DNA of 64,000 nt from positions 434,001 through 498,000 of the forward strand of contig JAUFOR010000001.1 of assembly GCA_040285745.1 (NCBI GenBank). Reading direction: 5' to 3'. Within the stretch, counting starts at the first letter, position 1, and each line of letters begins with the position of its first letter. Below are positions 51,479 to 62,414 of this stretch, in pieces. Source of the DNA: Barthelona sp. PCE. Its lineage: Eukaryota. The position numbers were made by a program, and so were the translations under genes. The notes below the pieces were generated by a model. The model did no database searches. It saw only the letters and a list, made by a program, of their open reading frames with translations, and had not been told where the DNA came from.

Positions 51479-54400
51479 ATGCAAGGGGTAGAGGGCGAAC
51501 AATTGCAGCCCATGCACACGGCACCAGATTCTACTCATTCCCCAAACATAGAAGAAGGGTTGATTGATCCCCAGAATCCTATTCAGTATTTAGAGTCAAC
51601 AGGGGAGGTATCCCTTCTTCAAACACAAGAGCTAGTACACGATAGTCCTCCAAACAACTCATCTGAACTTACCGCACTCTGTCCTCATGATTTTGCAAAC
51701 AATGTCCATATGAGTCAGGAGCAGATTGAGATTAGGAAATTTGAGGACTCACTGTCACTCGGTGTTTTAGTTGATCCATCTGAACTGGAACAAACTGACA
51801 CATTATATGAACGATATTTAGGCTTTGTAAGCGACTTTAACACACAATCACTGAACGTTTTGTTTGTCTTGGTCATTGTGCTGTGCTGTGCCAACTATTT
51901 CTTCGAGTTTAGAAGCCTTAAAAAAACCCAACTATTTATTACTAGCGCTCAAATCCTACCTTCAGTTTATCTAACAACTGCCAGTCAACACGTGCAGTTC
52001 CTTGGATACTCTGTAACAGATCCGTCCCTGCATATCGTGTATGATGCAGTGTCACATGCTCTAGGAACAAGTAACACGACCGAACTCAATGAATTAATGG
52101 CAGCTGTCAGTAGAAACGATACGTTCTACAGTTACTGTAGGGAGGATCTGACGTATTGTCTGGGTTTGAATAATAACGAGACGTCTGTTATACCACTGTA
52201 TGTGTTGCGCAGCTTTTTGTTTTTGATACTGCTTTTAGTTGTAAGTATTATCATTTTATTGATTTACAGGATGGTTTTCAGGCGCATTTTGCAGTTCACA
52301 AAGAGGATTGAGTATCAGGATTTCAAGAAAATCGAATGGGAACAGGAGCTCAGCATTAATTTCGTTCACTTGTTCGGAGGACCATTGGCCATCTTTGACC
52401 CATCGTACGAGGCCACACAGAGCGCTGTGAGCACCATACAGACGAAGAAAAGAGGAAAGATAAGCAGATTCTTTTTCCCAACACTGGATGCTTATCACCA
52501 TCCGTACAGTGGAGTAGATTTCAAGAAAATAACGGCGTCAACGGGGCTGGCAATGTTCACAATTCTGTCTAGCGTGCTGCATATTGCACTGTGCGTGAGT
52601 GTCCCGTCGATCCTGATTGTTACTGCGACTACAGGCGTCAAAGCGTTCTCTCCGTACACGCGCAACAGCTGGGCGATATGGGGCAAGGGATTCCAACAAC
52701 ACCTTGTTTTCTATACGATTTTTGTTGCCGAACTACAGATGACACTTTGCTTCTTCCAAAAAGATAAACGATCGATCGACAAATTGAGCCATCACAAGAG
52801 CAGGTACATGAAGATCATCTTCTCCCTTCTGGCGTTCCGTCAGTTATTTGACATCTACATTGCTTACGACGATGCCCGAACTCAGTTTATGGAAGCCATC
52901 CACTCCAACTGGTATTTCATCTTGGACATTATCACCATCCTCATCAGCGTGTTGTATACGACGAGGACCGTGGCTGTAGCGCTGAAGCACATCAGGCATG
53001 ATCGGTCAACGGCGACGCTATCAGAGGTGAGTGTTACTGATAGCGATTGTGGAAGAATGCGTTCAGGCAGCGGCGCGATGTCGTTCACTGCAAAGAACGT
53101 CTTTGTGGACGATGAAGACCAGCTGTCTGAGATCAGCGAAAACACAAAGGAGTACTCGTCGATGTGCTCCACTGTGGCTTCCAGAGTAAGCTCTATCAGT
53201 GCTATCAGTGCTATTCAAGACAAGATAGGAGCAGCAGACTATCTATCAGAAGAGGAGGAAATCATGACCGAGATGTCAAACATTAGTGAAGGCGAAGTCA
53301 TGACTGTCGAAACAGATCCTATCTATGAAATTGACGAGATGGATAACTTTGATGAGACAAACATGCCTTCGTGTGAGGATCATACAATGATCGATCATAA
53401 CTGTGAGTTCATCCACACAAACACCGACATCATCACAACTTTTGACCCAAGAAGCCATATGCAGCAGGATAATGATTGTGAAAACGGTGATTACCCCCCA
53501 CACGTTACGAAGCGAATGCTTGAGCGTAAGAGATCACACCAACTGATATACGAAGAGTATGTTGAGAAGATCAAAGATATCGAGCACAAATTCTTCACCT
53601 ACGAAAACGGCAACCTCATCTGTACTGAGGATATTGATGACTTCCATAGGTGCAACAGCGTTGAGTCCAGCAACTGTGGTGAATGGAGAACGTGTTTCAT
53701 CTTCTTCGTGACGCTGTGTTACGGACTGGCGTTTGCTGTTGTATATTCATTACAGACGAGTTGTCAACAGTGTAATGTCGCGCTGGAAAGTGGGGTTAAC
53801 GTCCCAGGATGCGCTACACCGCAGAACAGCGTTGTCCTAATCGGTTCACTCTTCGAATCAAATCCGTGCACGCCCATGCTCTCTGCTATTCTTTTGTTGT
53901 TTGTTGTGCCTGTCATCAACATGGTGGCGTCGTCAATTGCTTATTACTGTTCTTCTCATGTTGTCAGGCCTGCTCCTGTCCTGCACCCTGTGTACACATT
54001 ATTCATTCAAATCGTAAAGAAGATCAGCTCTAAGCTCCTCCTATCAACGTTCTCTACAAACGGTGGTGTCTTTTGGTGGTCGTTTTGGACATTTGTTTTT
54101 GACTTGTGCGTCCGATTGTTAACACCCGTCACTGTTTTGCGAGTTGCATGTTTTGGTGAAAAAAGATGGGCTAGAAACAGCTATATGTTTAACGTATTAT
54201 TGAGCTCAGTTGTAGAATATGCAACAATTTTTGCTTTCCCTTTCATTTTATTAGGTTTTTCTGTTTTTCGAAAGAACTCTATTGATTTCACGTTTATTGC
54301 ATACATGACGATACTATTCTTATTATTCCAGGTGCTGTTGGATATCATTTCCAAGCATTTATTGCACAAAGTCTACCACATTGATTGGATGAGTGCAATT

Positions 54401-54520
54401 TTGTCCTTCAAGCACATTCTTTTTAGACTAATGTTTTACACAGGTACAGTTAGCATTTCTATGGTCTATTATTTATTTTTATTTCTTGATAATGAAGCAC
54501 AAGGGTTATTCCGTTCATAA
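51479..54520 (+). CDS. Hypothetical multi-pass membrane protein (1013 aa); possible extra 5' exon 51411-51428
   Basis: Two TM clusters separated by an acidic loop; possible 35-nt intron at 51429-51463. Confidence 0.78.
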   Translation: MQGVEGEQLQPMHTAPDSTHSPNIEEGLIDPQNPIQYLESTGEVSLLQTQELVHDSPPNNSSELTALCPHDFANNVHMSQEQIEIRKFEDSLSLGVLVDPSELEQTDTLYERYLGFVSDFNTQSLNVLFVLVIVLCCANYFFEFRSLKKTQLFITSAQILPSVYLTTASQHVQFLGYSVTDPSLHIVYDAVSHALGTSNTTELNELMAAVSRNDTFYSYCREDLTYCLGLNNNETSVIPLYVLRSFLFLILLLVVSIIILLIYRMVFRRILQFTKRIEYQDFKKIEWEQELSINFVHLFGGPLAIFDPSYEATQSAVSTIQTKKRGKISRFFFPTLDAYHHPYSGVDFKKITASTGLAMFTILSSVLHIALCVSVPSILIVTATTGVKAFSPYTRNSWAIWGKGFQQHLVFYTIFVAELQMTLCFFQKDKRSIDKLSHHKSRYMKIIFSLLAFRQLFDIYIAYDDARTQFMEAIHSNWYFILDIITILISVLYTTRTVAVALKHIRHDRSTATLSEVSVTDSDCGRMRSGSGAMSFTAKNVFVDDEDQLSEISENTKEYSSMCSTVASRVSSISAISAIQDKIGAADYLSEEEEIMTEMSNISEGEVMTVETDPIYEIDEMDNFDETNMPSCEDHTMIDHNCEFIHTNTDIITTFDPRSHMQQDNDCENGDYPPHVTKRMLERKRSHQLIYEEYVEKIKDIEHKFFTYENGNLICTEDIDDFHRCNSVESSNCGEWRTCFIFFVTLCYGLAFAVVYSLQTSCQQCNVALESGVNVPGCATPQNSVVLIGSLFESNPCTPMLSAILLLFVVPVINMVASSIAYYCSSHVVRPAPVLHPVYTLFIQIVKKISSKLLLSTFSTNGGVFWWSFWTFVFDLCVRLLTPVTVLRVACFGEKRWARNSYMFNVLLSSVVEYATIFAFPFILLGFSVFRKNSIDFTFIAYMTILFLLFQVLLDIISKHLLHKVYHIDWMSAILSFKHILFRLMFYTGTVSISMVYYLFLFLDNEAQGLFRS

Positions 54521-54567
54521 AACGAATATTATAAACTTTATTCTTTATCAAACACTACTCATTTCTA

Positions 54568-55359
54568 TCAAGTTGACCGTATCTTGTAACAAACTAAAAG
54601 GAAACATATTTGCAATAAACCTATTGTGAGAACGAAATATTTTAATTTTAAATTCTCTTTTTTCTTATTAGTAACCAAACTTAAGCTTTTCACTATAAAT
54701 AAAAATGCACAAAGACAGCTATAAACCAGTACAACCTTTTCTATTATTGATAATACAGAAATTATAATATTATCCTCTGTATATGAAATTGAGATAAAAA
54801 GAATGAAAAATCTCATCATTTTAAGAATTGAAAGATAAAAGAACTTATATGTGACTATACATATTGATTCAACCAGATTGCGTGGGCTCATCAAAACTCC
54901 ACTAATGAACTTAAAAACCAAAGATTCTAACAGTACCCAAACTAAGAACATTAACAATGTTCTGTATAAGGAGGAGAAATGGAATGTCGCGGTTGTGCTG
55001 ATGCCTCCGATGTAACTCAGAAACAAAACAGCCGTAAGAAGACTCATTAATGGAATGTAAAGATCAGGGGCATTAAGATCGGCACGAGGAGGTGCCTTCT
55101 GAGCTGTTCCTTCGCCCTGGACCAGTCTGCGGTTCCAGTTTCTGTGGAAAAATGGTAGACAAAGTAGTTTTAACTTGTTTTTAACATATGAGGTGTTGAT
55201 GTCAAAGTATATTGCGATTTTAGATATAACCTTGTTCATTTTGGCGTTGGCGGCGTCCATTTCCTTGCCAACTTGGTTTGCAACCTCTTCTGATTCTCCA
55301 GACCGAGCTGCTGCATAAATATTCCCCAGCTTAAGAAGCTGATTTGCAAATTTTGCCAT
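54568..55359 (-). CDS. YIF1: YIF1 ER-Golgi membrane protein
   Basis: YFDINTSYVKNKL..PFFH..W and PRADLNAPDLYIPLM. Confidence 0.92.
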   Translation of the reverse strand: MAKFANQLLKLGNIYAAARSGESEEVANQVGKEMDAANAKMNKVISKIAIYFDINTSYVKNKLKLLCLPFFHRNWNRRLVQGEGTAQKAPPRADLNAPDLYIPLMSLLTAVLFLSYIGGISTTATFHFSSLYRTLLMFLVWVLLESLVFKFISGVLMSPRNLVESICIVTYKFFYLSILKMMRFFILFISISYTEDNIIISVLSIIEKVVLVYSCLCAFLFIVKSLSLVTNKKKENLKLKYFVLTIGLLQICFLLVCYKIRST

Positions 55360-55589
55360 TTACGTTCCTGTAATGTGTGTTACAACTTTTTGAGTTGATG
55401 AAAGGGGTGAGAAGAATTAGCACGGTACTGAAATTCTTTCAGATTTTTTTTCACGTTCCATCTGAAATATGTAAGCTTTTTGTATGTTACACATCACACC
55501 GATCCACAATCACGGTATTAGAGTGCTGTGAAAATGCTTTCCAATTTTTTATCCATATCATTTTTCTTAATGCCTAATTTATCGTTTAA

Positions 55590-58500
55590 ATGAGTGAATC
55601 TTTATTCCTTCCAAACACACCGACCGATCCCAACAGATTTCGGGTTGCGTCAAAGCCACCGTTGAAAAACGTAAAAAGTGCGTTACAGATGGACGCAAAA
55701 AGCATACTGCATAAGAAGTTCACGCCGGAAACGAACTTTATCGATCACGTGGGGTATGTTTGTCCGCAACATCCGCCTGAATCCGTTAATAACGAAGTCT
55801 ACACAACATCTTTACAGCCCTCCATTTTATGGTCATACCCTGAGGCGGAAGATGCACCTTATGCTCTCCCTGCACTCATCCTCGATTCCATATGTCCGTT
55901 TGGAGCAGGTGTTTTTGAGCAATACAAAGAACCACAAACTTACATTGTTCAGCTCACAGATGAGGAGGGAACCAGGTCTTACGCTGTAGTCTATGAGTTT
56001 CTTTTGCCTCTGTCGTTCAGCAATTCACAATTTTTGGGAATTTCGAGGCAAGCTTTTGTTTCCCACTTTCTCTTTCTCCTATCACCATTTTCGCATTTCT
56101 CAACCTTTAAACTTATCCTCCACGAGCTGAGGGGACTGGCTACAGGAGCCAAGCACATGTTCTTTGCTGCATTGGTGCACCTCACACAGGAACTGCAATG
56201 TCCTCCTTTCGGACAGACGTTTGTGCGATTCGCTCTCCACGAAAACGTATTCACAATTGCAAATCCACCTGTTAACGAGATACCTATATGTGATTGCGAT
56301 ATCGCCACTTTTTTTAAACTTCTGAGCAGCAGTACTATTATCACAATGTTTGAACATGTGTTACAGGAGAAGAGTCTCATTCTTGTGTCCTCTTCACCTT
56401 CTCGCATGTCTATGACAATCCATGTAATTCTCTTGGCTATCCACCCGCTGAGGTGGAACCTTCCCATTCTGAGCGTTCTCTCACCCAAAATGATGATGGC
56501 TCTAAGCTCACCCGTGCCCTTTCTGGCCGGGCTTCACACAAATATGGTTGATGCTGCACGCAACTCTATGTTACGGCCGATAACCATGGTAAACATCGAT
56601 ACAAGTGAGGTCCTTATTGAAATGGAATGCCCTCCGTTACCAAAACGAGAGCGCATCAAGCTTAAGAAGCGACTTGATCAACTGTGCCCTCAGCAGTCTA
56701 AACTTCGCGGCGCAACTCGCGCCAACGCCACATATTTCACTCCCAAAGCAACGTTACTTCCTCTTGACTTCCTGGGGACTCCTCCAACAACACACGGCAT
56801 CACGCCAGAGGAAAGTCCTGTGCAGGAAACACTGGAGGTTCCTGGTGACCCTTCACTGAGACGTGAACCATCTTTCGACTCTCTACTTACATCCACGTTA
56901 AAGGCGTTGTCTACAGAGGCCGTTAGCCCTAGAAGGCGCCACGTCACTGATAAATTTCTGCGCAAAGATTTCCTGAGCATTGATTCGCTGAACATCAGTA
57001 TCAGACCTGATTTCTCAGCATTGTTCAACGACACGCCACCGTTCAGCACACGCGAGGCCCGGAAAGCGTTTCTAAGGTGCCTTTCATCGCTTCTGCTCAA
57101 TTTTGAATCTTTCATTAGAATCCCCCACGACCGCGTCGCTCTCCTTCAGATGGAGGATCCTCTGGATTTCTTCGACTCTTCTGAGTTCATGGCATCACTT
57201 TCTGATTCGCAGCGCAGCTTTTTCGCAGGATTCTTGAAAACGAGTCTTTTTGCGACTCTTCTTTCCGAGCGCCTAACCCCATCAAACAAGGCATTCGATG
57301 TGCTTTTTTTTCTGGAGACCATTTATGCGAAGAGAAACAGAAGCAGGTTCCAGATCCAAAAGCTACCCACTCCTTTCCTTAAAGATCGAGTTTCTTCATT
57401 TCAGACGCTGTACACACTACCATCGTACACGTTCCTGGTGGAGGATATGCCAATGCTGATCGAGGACGATGAGGATGAGAACGATGAAGTAATGACTTGC
57501 CTTATTCAGTACCCCGAATTCATCCCTCAACCGAGGTTAATATCTCCAGTGAGCTCAACTGTGTCCATAAAGCCGACGACGAGGTTCTCCCTGGCCAAGG
57601 GGCGTGTCCCAATGATTGGGTTCACTAACATGTACCAAACCGTAGACGAAGACAGTCTTAGCGGAAGCGAGGTTGTTACGCAGTCGAGAGTCGATCCCAG
57701 GATGCTGCTGGAGCCGATTGTCGCCCTTTGGCGTATCAGACAGTCGTTCAACAGGAAGAGGCAGGATGTTTTGTACGTTCAGAGCATTATACACATTTTT
57801 CTGGCAAAAACAAGATATCGCTATATGAAACGTACCTTTGCGACCATGGGCACCCTTGCCGAGACTATGGTGAGGCGGCACGCGTTCCTCGACTACCGAA
57901 AGAAGGTTATTCAGACGCAGTCATGGATTAGAATGAGGAGAGAGCAGAAGCATTTTTTGAAGTTGAAATCATCGGTTTTGATCTGTCAGAAGATGTGCCG
58001 CGGCGCCCTTGATAGAATGTACACAAGCGCCATGATGGATATGCGCATTAGAGAGCGTCTGAACGAACTGCTAGGATATTGGCAGAGCGTATCACTGAGT
58101 AAGGTGCAACGAGCACTGTTTATGCTGCCTGTATTCGACGTTCTCAAGTCGTCTCGAAGTGGTGAAGGGTCTGTAGCAACCACCCGAAAGTGGATACGCA
58201 ACAAGTTGATGGTTTTGCTGACGATAAATGTTGAGCTGCGCAGGGCAAAGGTAATCGCTGGATTCGACCCGAACGACCTCGTCAACGACTTTGTTGGCCT
58301 TGGTTGCAGTCCTGGAGATCACCCTGAGGTCCAGGAACTTGTCAGAATCAGTATGAACATTCGACAAGTTAGAAAGATGTCAACCGAACAGTATATCACT
58401 GAACGTCGTAGGTTTGGGCGCCAATTCAAAGCGTTATACGACATTGAAGAGCGGGATAAGATTTTTTTGAAGTTCGATATCGACCTGCTTTCTAAACGAC

Positions 58501-58619
58501 GCAAATTCCAAATGTACAACAAGATGATCAGCCTAAATAGAGGCTCTTTTGCGCAACTTGAGTTTGACACAAACTTTTTACTCAAAACACTTCAAGGAAA
58601 GCGAATGGAATATGAATAA
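55590..58619 (+). CDS. DENN-domain protein with IQ motifs and C-terminal NACK_C(DUF3490)-like domain
   Basis: uDENN (ICPFG, LTDEEGTRSY), cDENN (VLQEKSLILVS, HPLRW, LSSPVPFLAG), dDENN (FLKTSLFATLL); three IQ-like motifs. Confidence 0.88.
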   Translation: MSESLFLPNTPTDPNRFRVASKPPLKNVKSALQMDAKSILHKKFTPETNFIDHVGYVCPQHPPESVNNEVYTTSLQPSILWSYPEAEDAPYALPALILDSICPFGAGVFEQYKEPQTYIVQLTDEEGTRSYAVVYEFLLPLSFSNSQFLGISRQAFVSHFLFLLSPFSHFSTFKLILHELRGLATGAKHMFFAALVHLTQELQCPPFGQTFVRFALHENVFTIANPPVNEIPICDCDIATFFKLLSSSTIITMFEHVLQEKSLILVSSSPSRMSMTIHVILLAIHPLRWNLPILSVLSPKMMMALSSPVPFLAGLHTNMVDAARNSMLRPITMVNIDTSEVLIEMECPPLPKRERIKLKKRLDQLCPQQSKLRGATRANATYFTPKATLLPLDFLGTPPTTHGITPEESPVQETLEVPGDPSLRREPSFDSLLTSTLKALSTEAVSPRRRHVTDKFLRKDFLSIDSLNISIRPDFSALFNDTPPFSTREARKAFLRCLSSLLLNFESFIRIPHDRVALLQMEDPLDFFDSSEFMASLSDSQRSFFAGFLKTSLFATLLSERLTPSNKAFDVLFFLETIYAKRNRSRFQIQKLPTPFLKDRVSSFQTLYTLPSYTFLVEDMPMLIEDDEDENDEVMTCLIQYPEFIPQPRLISPVSSTVSIKPTTRFSLAKGRVPMIGFTNMYQTVDEDSLSGSEVVTQSRVDPRMLLEPIVALWRIRQSFNRKRQDVLYVQSIIHIFLAKTRYRYMKRTFATMGTLAETMVRRHAFLDYRKKVIQTQSWIRMRREQKHFLKLKSSVLICQKMCRGALDRMYTSAMMDMRIRERLNELLGYWQSVSLSKVQRALFMLPVFDVLKSSRSGEGSVATTRKWIRNKLMVLLTINVELRRAKVIAGFDPNDLVNDFVGLGCSPGDHPEVQELVRISMNIRQVRKMSTEQYITERRRFGRQFKALYDIEERDKIFLKFDIDLLSKRRKFQMYNKMISLNRGSFAQLEFDTNFLLKTLQGKRMEYE

Positions 58620-58644
58620 ACCTTTTCATCATTTTTCTCTTACA

Positions 58645-59124
58645 ATGGGGCCGAGAAAACTGTATCTTGACGACCTTCCACACTGCATATACCAGGGAGA
58701 GACGCTGATCAACAAACAATGCTTTGAGAATTGTTTTTTGCTCACCTTTATCATTTCGACCAAATTTGCATCATCAGTTTCACTACTCAAGCGCGTTAAT
58801 GATGTTTATCGACGTTTAATGACCGATAACGAGGGATTGCATCAATTCGTTTTTCTCCTGTGTCCCTGTGAACCTGACGACCAACTCTTCCAGGACATTC
58901 CAGTTATGGAGGAAGAAATTGCTGCGCTTGAGATAGACTTCCCAATCCTGCGGTTCACCCATATCCATGAGGTTCTGAACTTTTATCAGAGCGTAAGCAT
59001 TTTCAGGACACCAACAATCCAAGTTTACGACCGCAAGGGTGTCATGGTAGCACAGAACATCTCCTCTTACTTCTTCAATGCAGAAAAAGCAGAAACACAT
59101 TTGCGTGAGATGCTGAGAGTCTGA
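58645..59124 (+). CDS. Thioredoxin-fold (nucleoredoxin-like) protein lacking CxxC
   Basis: LLKRVNDVY..FVF..TPTIQVYDRKGVMV pattern. Alternative ATG at 58612 overlaps the upstream stop. Confidence 0.55.
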   Translation: MGPRKLYLDDLPHCIYQGETLINKQCFENCFLLTFIISTKFASSVSLLKRVNDVYRRLMTDNEGLHQFVFLLCPCEPDDQLFQDIPVMEEEIAALEIDFPILRFTHIHEVLNFYQSVSIFRTPTIQVYDRKGVMVAQNISSYFFNAEKAETHLREMLRV

Positions 59125-59127
59125 TTT

Positions 59128-60201
59128 TTACAATAGTGAACGGCCCAATAATGTTGCGACCTTCTTCAGAATTGCCATTGCTTTGGCGCAGAACGCTTCA
59201 AGATGGAAGATTCCATTTGAGCCATGTACAGCGCTGTGTTCAAATTGGGCAGCAGCTTCAACCAACTGAGCGTACATATCGTGCGGCATATCTGGGACGC
59301 GTTCACCGAATATCCGTAGCATGCGCTGGAGAATAATTGTGGCGGGTACGCAGTTTACGAGCAACTCATAAAGTAAGGCGCGCAATCCGGAAAAAACCTG
59401 AACATTCTGCTTCTGGAGCATCGCAAGGGCTATACGCTTTATCGCCTCTTCCCAGTCAGAGTGTACCATCCTCTCGGGCGCGTTGCTCTCAAAAAACGTT
59501 AGCTCAAGCGCAATCAATGCTGTTCGCAGATTTCGCTGACTGTGCGTCACAATCTCATTTATAACTTCATCCGTTAGGTGCTTTCCCTCCTTGCGCATCA
59601 CGCTCCTCATCTCCTGTCGGATGATCTCATCGCTTGGGGCTGGAACACGTATGCATACGCAACGAGACCGCAGCGGCTCAATGACGGAGCTCACGTTTTC
59701 AGCAATTAGAATAAGCCTGCAGCTCCCAACGCTTGTCTCCATTGTGCGACGCAGTGCCTGCTGGGCCAGTTGAGTTGTCAAATCGATGTTCGGAATAACA
59801 ACCACTTTGAATCCGTATTCGTCTCCTTTTTTGATAACATTTCTGCTCTGAGCAACTTCTTTAATTACTTCCTGAACGATAATCCTATCTCTTGTGCCAT
59901 GATCGCTTGGGTTTATCTCGATATGGTGGTTTGAACTCAGTAAACTACACTGAATCTTTGTTGTGTTGTGCTTAAACACTCGCTCCTCCAAGCGAACGTG
60001 ATCAATTGCTGATCCGTATATGGCCTTGAGTAGGCCGAGGACTCTAGTTTTCCTGCCGGATCCCGAAGGTCCGTAAAACAAGAGATGTGGAAATTCATCA
60101 GCTGTGCTGAGCTGCTGAAGTCTACCATTGATATCCTCGTGAAAAGAGCATGTGTTGAGGCTTGTTGGCCTGTATTTGTCTACCCAAAGAAGCCCGCTCA
60201 T
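59128..60201 (-). CDS. RFC3: Replication factor C subunit 3 (38 kDa; yeast Rfc5)
   Basis: LWVDKYRP, PHLLFYGPSGSGRKTR, SSNHHIEINPSD, AQQALRRTME, IEPLRSRC, FHLEAF. Confidence 0.95.
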   Translation of the reverse strand: MSGLLWVDKYRPTSLNTCSFHEDINGRLQQLSTADEFPHLLFYGPSGSGRKTRVLGLLKAIYGSAIDHVRLEERVFKHNTTKIQCSLLSSNHHIEINPSDHGTRDRIIVQEVIKEVAQSRNVIKKGDEYGFKVVVIPNIDLTTQLAQQALRRTMETSVGSCRLILIAENVSSVIEPLRSRCVCIRVPAPSDEIIRQEMRSVMRKEGKHLTDEVINEIVTHSQRNLRTALIALELTFFESNAPERMVHSDWEEAIKRIALAMLQKQNVQVFSGLRALLYELLVNCVPATIILQRMLRIFGERVPDMPHDMYAQLVEAAAQFEHSAVHGSNGIFHLEAFCAKAMAILKKVATLLGRSLL

Positions 60202-60492
60202 GCAAAATATGTATGAATTGCAAAAACAACTCTGCAAATTGTAATTTCTCATTTCTCAGCAGCCACAGAGAATATATTATGTGTTTTCCCGTGGAAATTG
60301 GTGTTAAAATACAAGATTCATGTCATAGTGTTGCGAACCAAAAAGTGAAAGGTTTGGTTTCGTTATCAATGATACTTTTCAGTATGATTTAACTGCTTGT
60401 CAATGTATATAAATAGAAGGACCAAGATTGGAATCGATGTAATTGAATATATCATCTCACAAACACTTTTTTCTTCCTATTCCTATTTTATA

Positions 60493-61146
60493 ATGCTTGT
60501 TTTATGCTTAGAAGGTGCGCATGGAGCGGGTAAGTCCAGTTTCATTGACTACTTAGAAAAACAAGGATATTCTGTCCTGGATGAAGCCTTTTTGGATCAA
60601 CCCGAGTACGGATTGCACCCCCAAACTCTCACAATGGAATTCAACTGGGTCTCTAACTGGCTCATGCGTCTTTTGCGTGTCTGTCATGAACTTCCTGTTG
60701 AGCTTGATAAGAAAACTATCTTTGTGGCTGATCGTTCCCCCTACTCTGCTGAATTGTACTCCAGAAAGAACGGACATCTGCTCAAGCCTGTTATTGATGC
60801 TCAAATCGCTGAATTATTTGAGTCTGCTCGCATTAAGGTACTTACTGTTCACATAACTTGCGACTCCCAGACCTTGTGGAACCGTATCCAAGACCGTCTT
60901 CGACTTGAACCCGAGCGTAAGCGATACGGTGAACATCGTCATGAATGGATGACCCAAGCAAAAGAATTCTATGATAACCATGGTTGGGATCACACAATCG
61001 ATAACAGTAACAAAACATTTGTTCAGATGAAGGATGAGCTTGTTTCTATTGTTAAAAATACTTTTAATGATTACCCTATTCCTGGAGAAAATTACTTTTC
61101 TCCCTTAAAGGTTTCTCTACCTACCAGAAAAGTCTATACACTTTAA
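60493..61146 (+). CDS. P-loop nucleoside/nucleotide kinase (thymidylate/deoxynucleoside kinase-like)
   Basis: LEGAHGAGKSS Walker A and ADRSPYS (DR motif); ATG at 60493. Confidence 0.8.
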   Translation: MLVLCLEGAHGAGKSSFIDYLEKQGYSVLDEAFLDQPEYGLHPQTLTMEFNWVSNWLMRLLRVCHELPVELDKKTIFVADRSPYSAELYSRKNGHLLKPVIDAQIAELFESARIKVLTVHITCDSQTLWNRIQDRLRLEPERKRYGEHRHEWMTQAKEFYDNHGWDHTIDNSNKTFVQMKDELVSIVKNTFNDYPIPGENYFSPLKVSLPTRKVYTL

Positions 61147-62414
61147 ATATCATTGATACAACTGTTTTGTGTTGGTTAAATCCGATTGTGGTCTGTTTTT
61201 GGCTATATAATGATGTAAAATTGAATTATTTATTTATTTGAGAAAGAAATTTATACTACCCTGCACACCCACTATATTCACATTTTGTCAAAATAAAAAC
61301 TACAGTATATTCGTAGAGAAGACCATTAATCAATATTGACCCTGCTAAAATTACTACAGAGTCAGCTACCATGACGTAAGATGATACTAAGAAATGTTTC
61401 ACCAACTTGACATTTATGCTAAATGGTTCGAGGTACAGTGTATGAAATGCACTGTGATACAGCTATGTTTGTAATAAAAGCTTAGAATTACTAAATTTAA
61501 CTATAAAACAAAAACATCCACACAGATAATAGTTTTCAATTTACAAAACTCATAAATACGATGCAGTTTGGTCTGCATACACGTTTTAAACATTAAAATT
61601 AAGAATAAATATTATGAAGTCCGATTCTGGTGTAGCAAGCTTACTATACCCTTGAATTGAGGACCACGTGATGAAGTCTACCGACCTCTTCCCCGATTTA
61701 GCAGTGATAAGATCTGCTTTAATGGTTGATAAAGGCCGAAATATGAGTTGAGGATTTCGGAAAACTAAGCTAATTCCACTATTTATCATGCATGCAGGGA
61801 TGACCTTTACTTCATATTTTAACTGAGTGGTTGAAATAAATTTATATAACGTCTTAGTTTACAGTTTTTTAAAAAAAGGAACTTTATTAAAGATTTTTTT
61901 TGCTGATTTATATCATCTTTTTAGGTAGAAGTTCGACTTTAATCGAAGTTCATGCATGAAAAAAAACTATAAATCTTACAAAAACAGATATTAAATTTTT
62001 AAAAAGAATTCAAAGCTCTGTAGAAATTTAAAAAATAACAAACTAGTGTTATTTTTTATATTTAAACTTAAAATCACTGAAACATAGTATATAAAAAAAG
62101 AGGTAAACAAGAAATCAAAATTTTTTCTTTTTCTCTCAAATTTATGTAAAAAAGTCATTTTTCGTGTAGTTGATGGCAATCGGAATCTTGATGCACCCGA
62201 AACCTAGATGACATACACTGATAGTGAGAGTTAAAGAATAATCCTAGCTAAGTTACTCGGACTCGAGTAACTGCTTTTCGATTTCTTTCCTGAATTCAAA
62301 AAAAAAAAACCCGTCAAAGATTGATATACATTGAGATTTAAATCCTTTGTTCAATGTCGGGTTATGTAAATGAGGGAATAGAATATCTAAGTTTTGAAAT
62401 TTAAAAACATACTG

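Noticed and set aside
110-60856. Numerous antisense and nested ORFs of 60-210 aa in the ORF track
   Set aside because: Shadows of longer recognisable genes with no independent motifs.
61355-61390. TACAGAG..AGC..GATGA resembles the U6 snRNA core
   Set aside because: ACAGAG-to-AGC spacing is 2 nt instead of about 6, and there is no convincing internal stem-loop.
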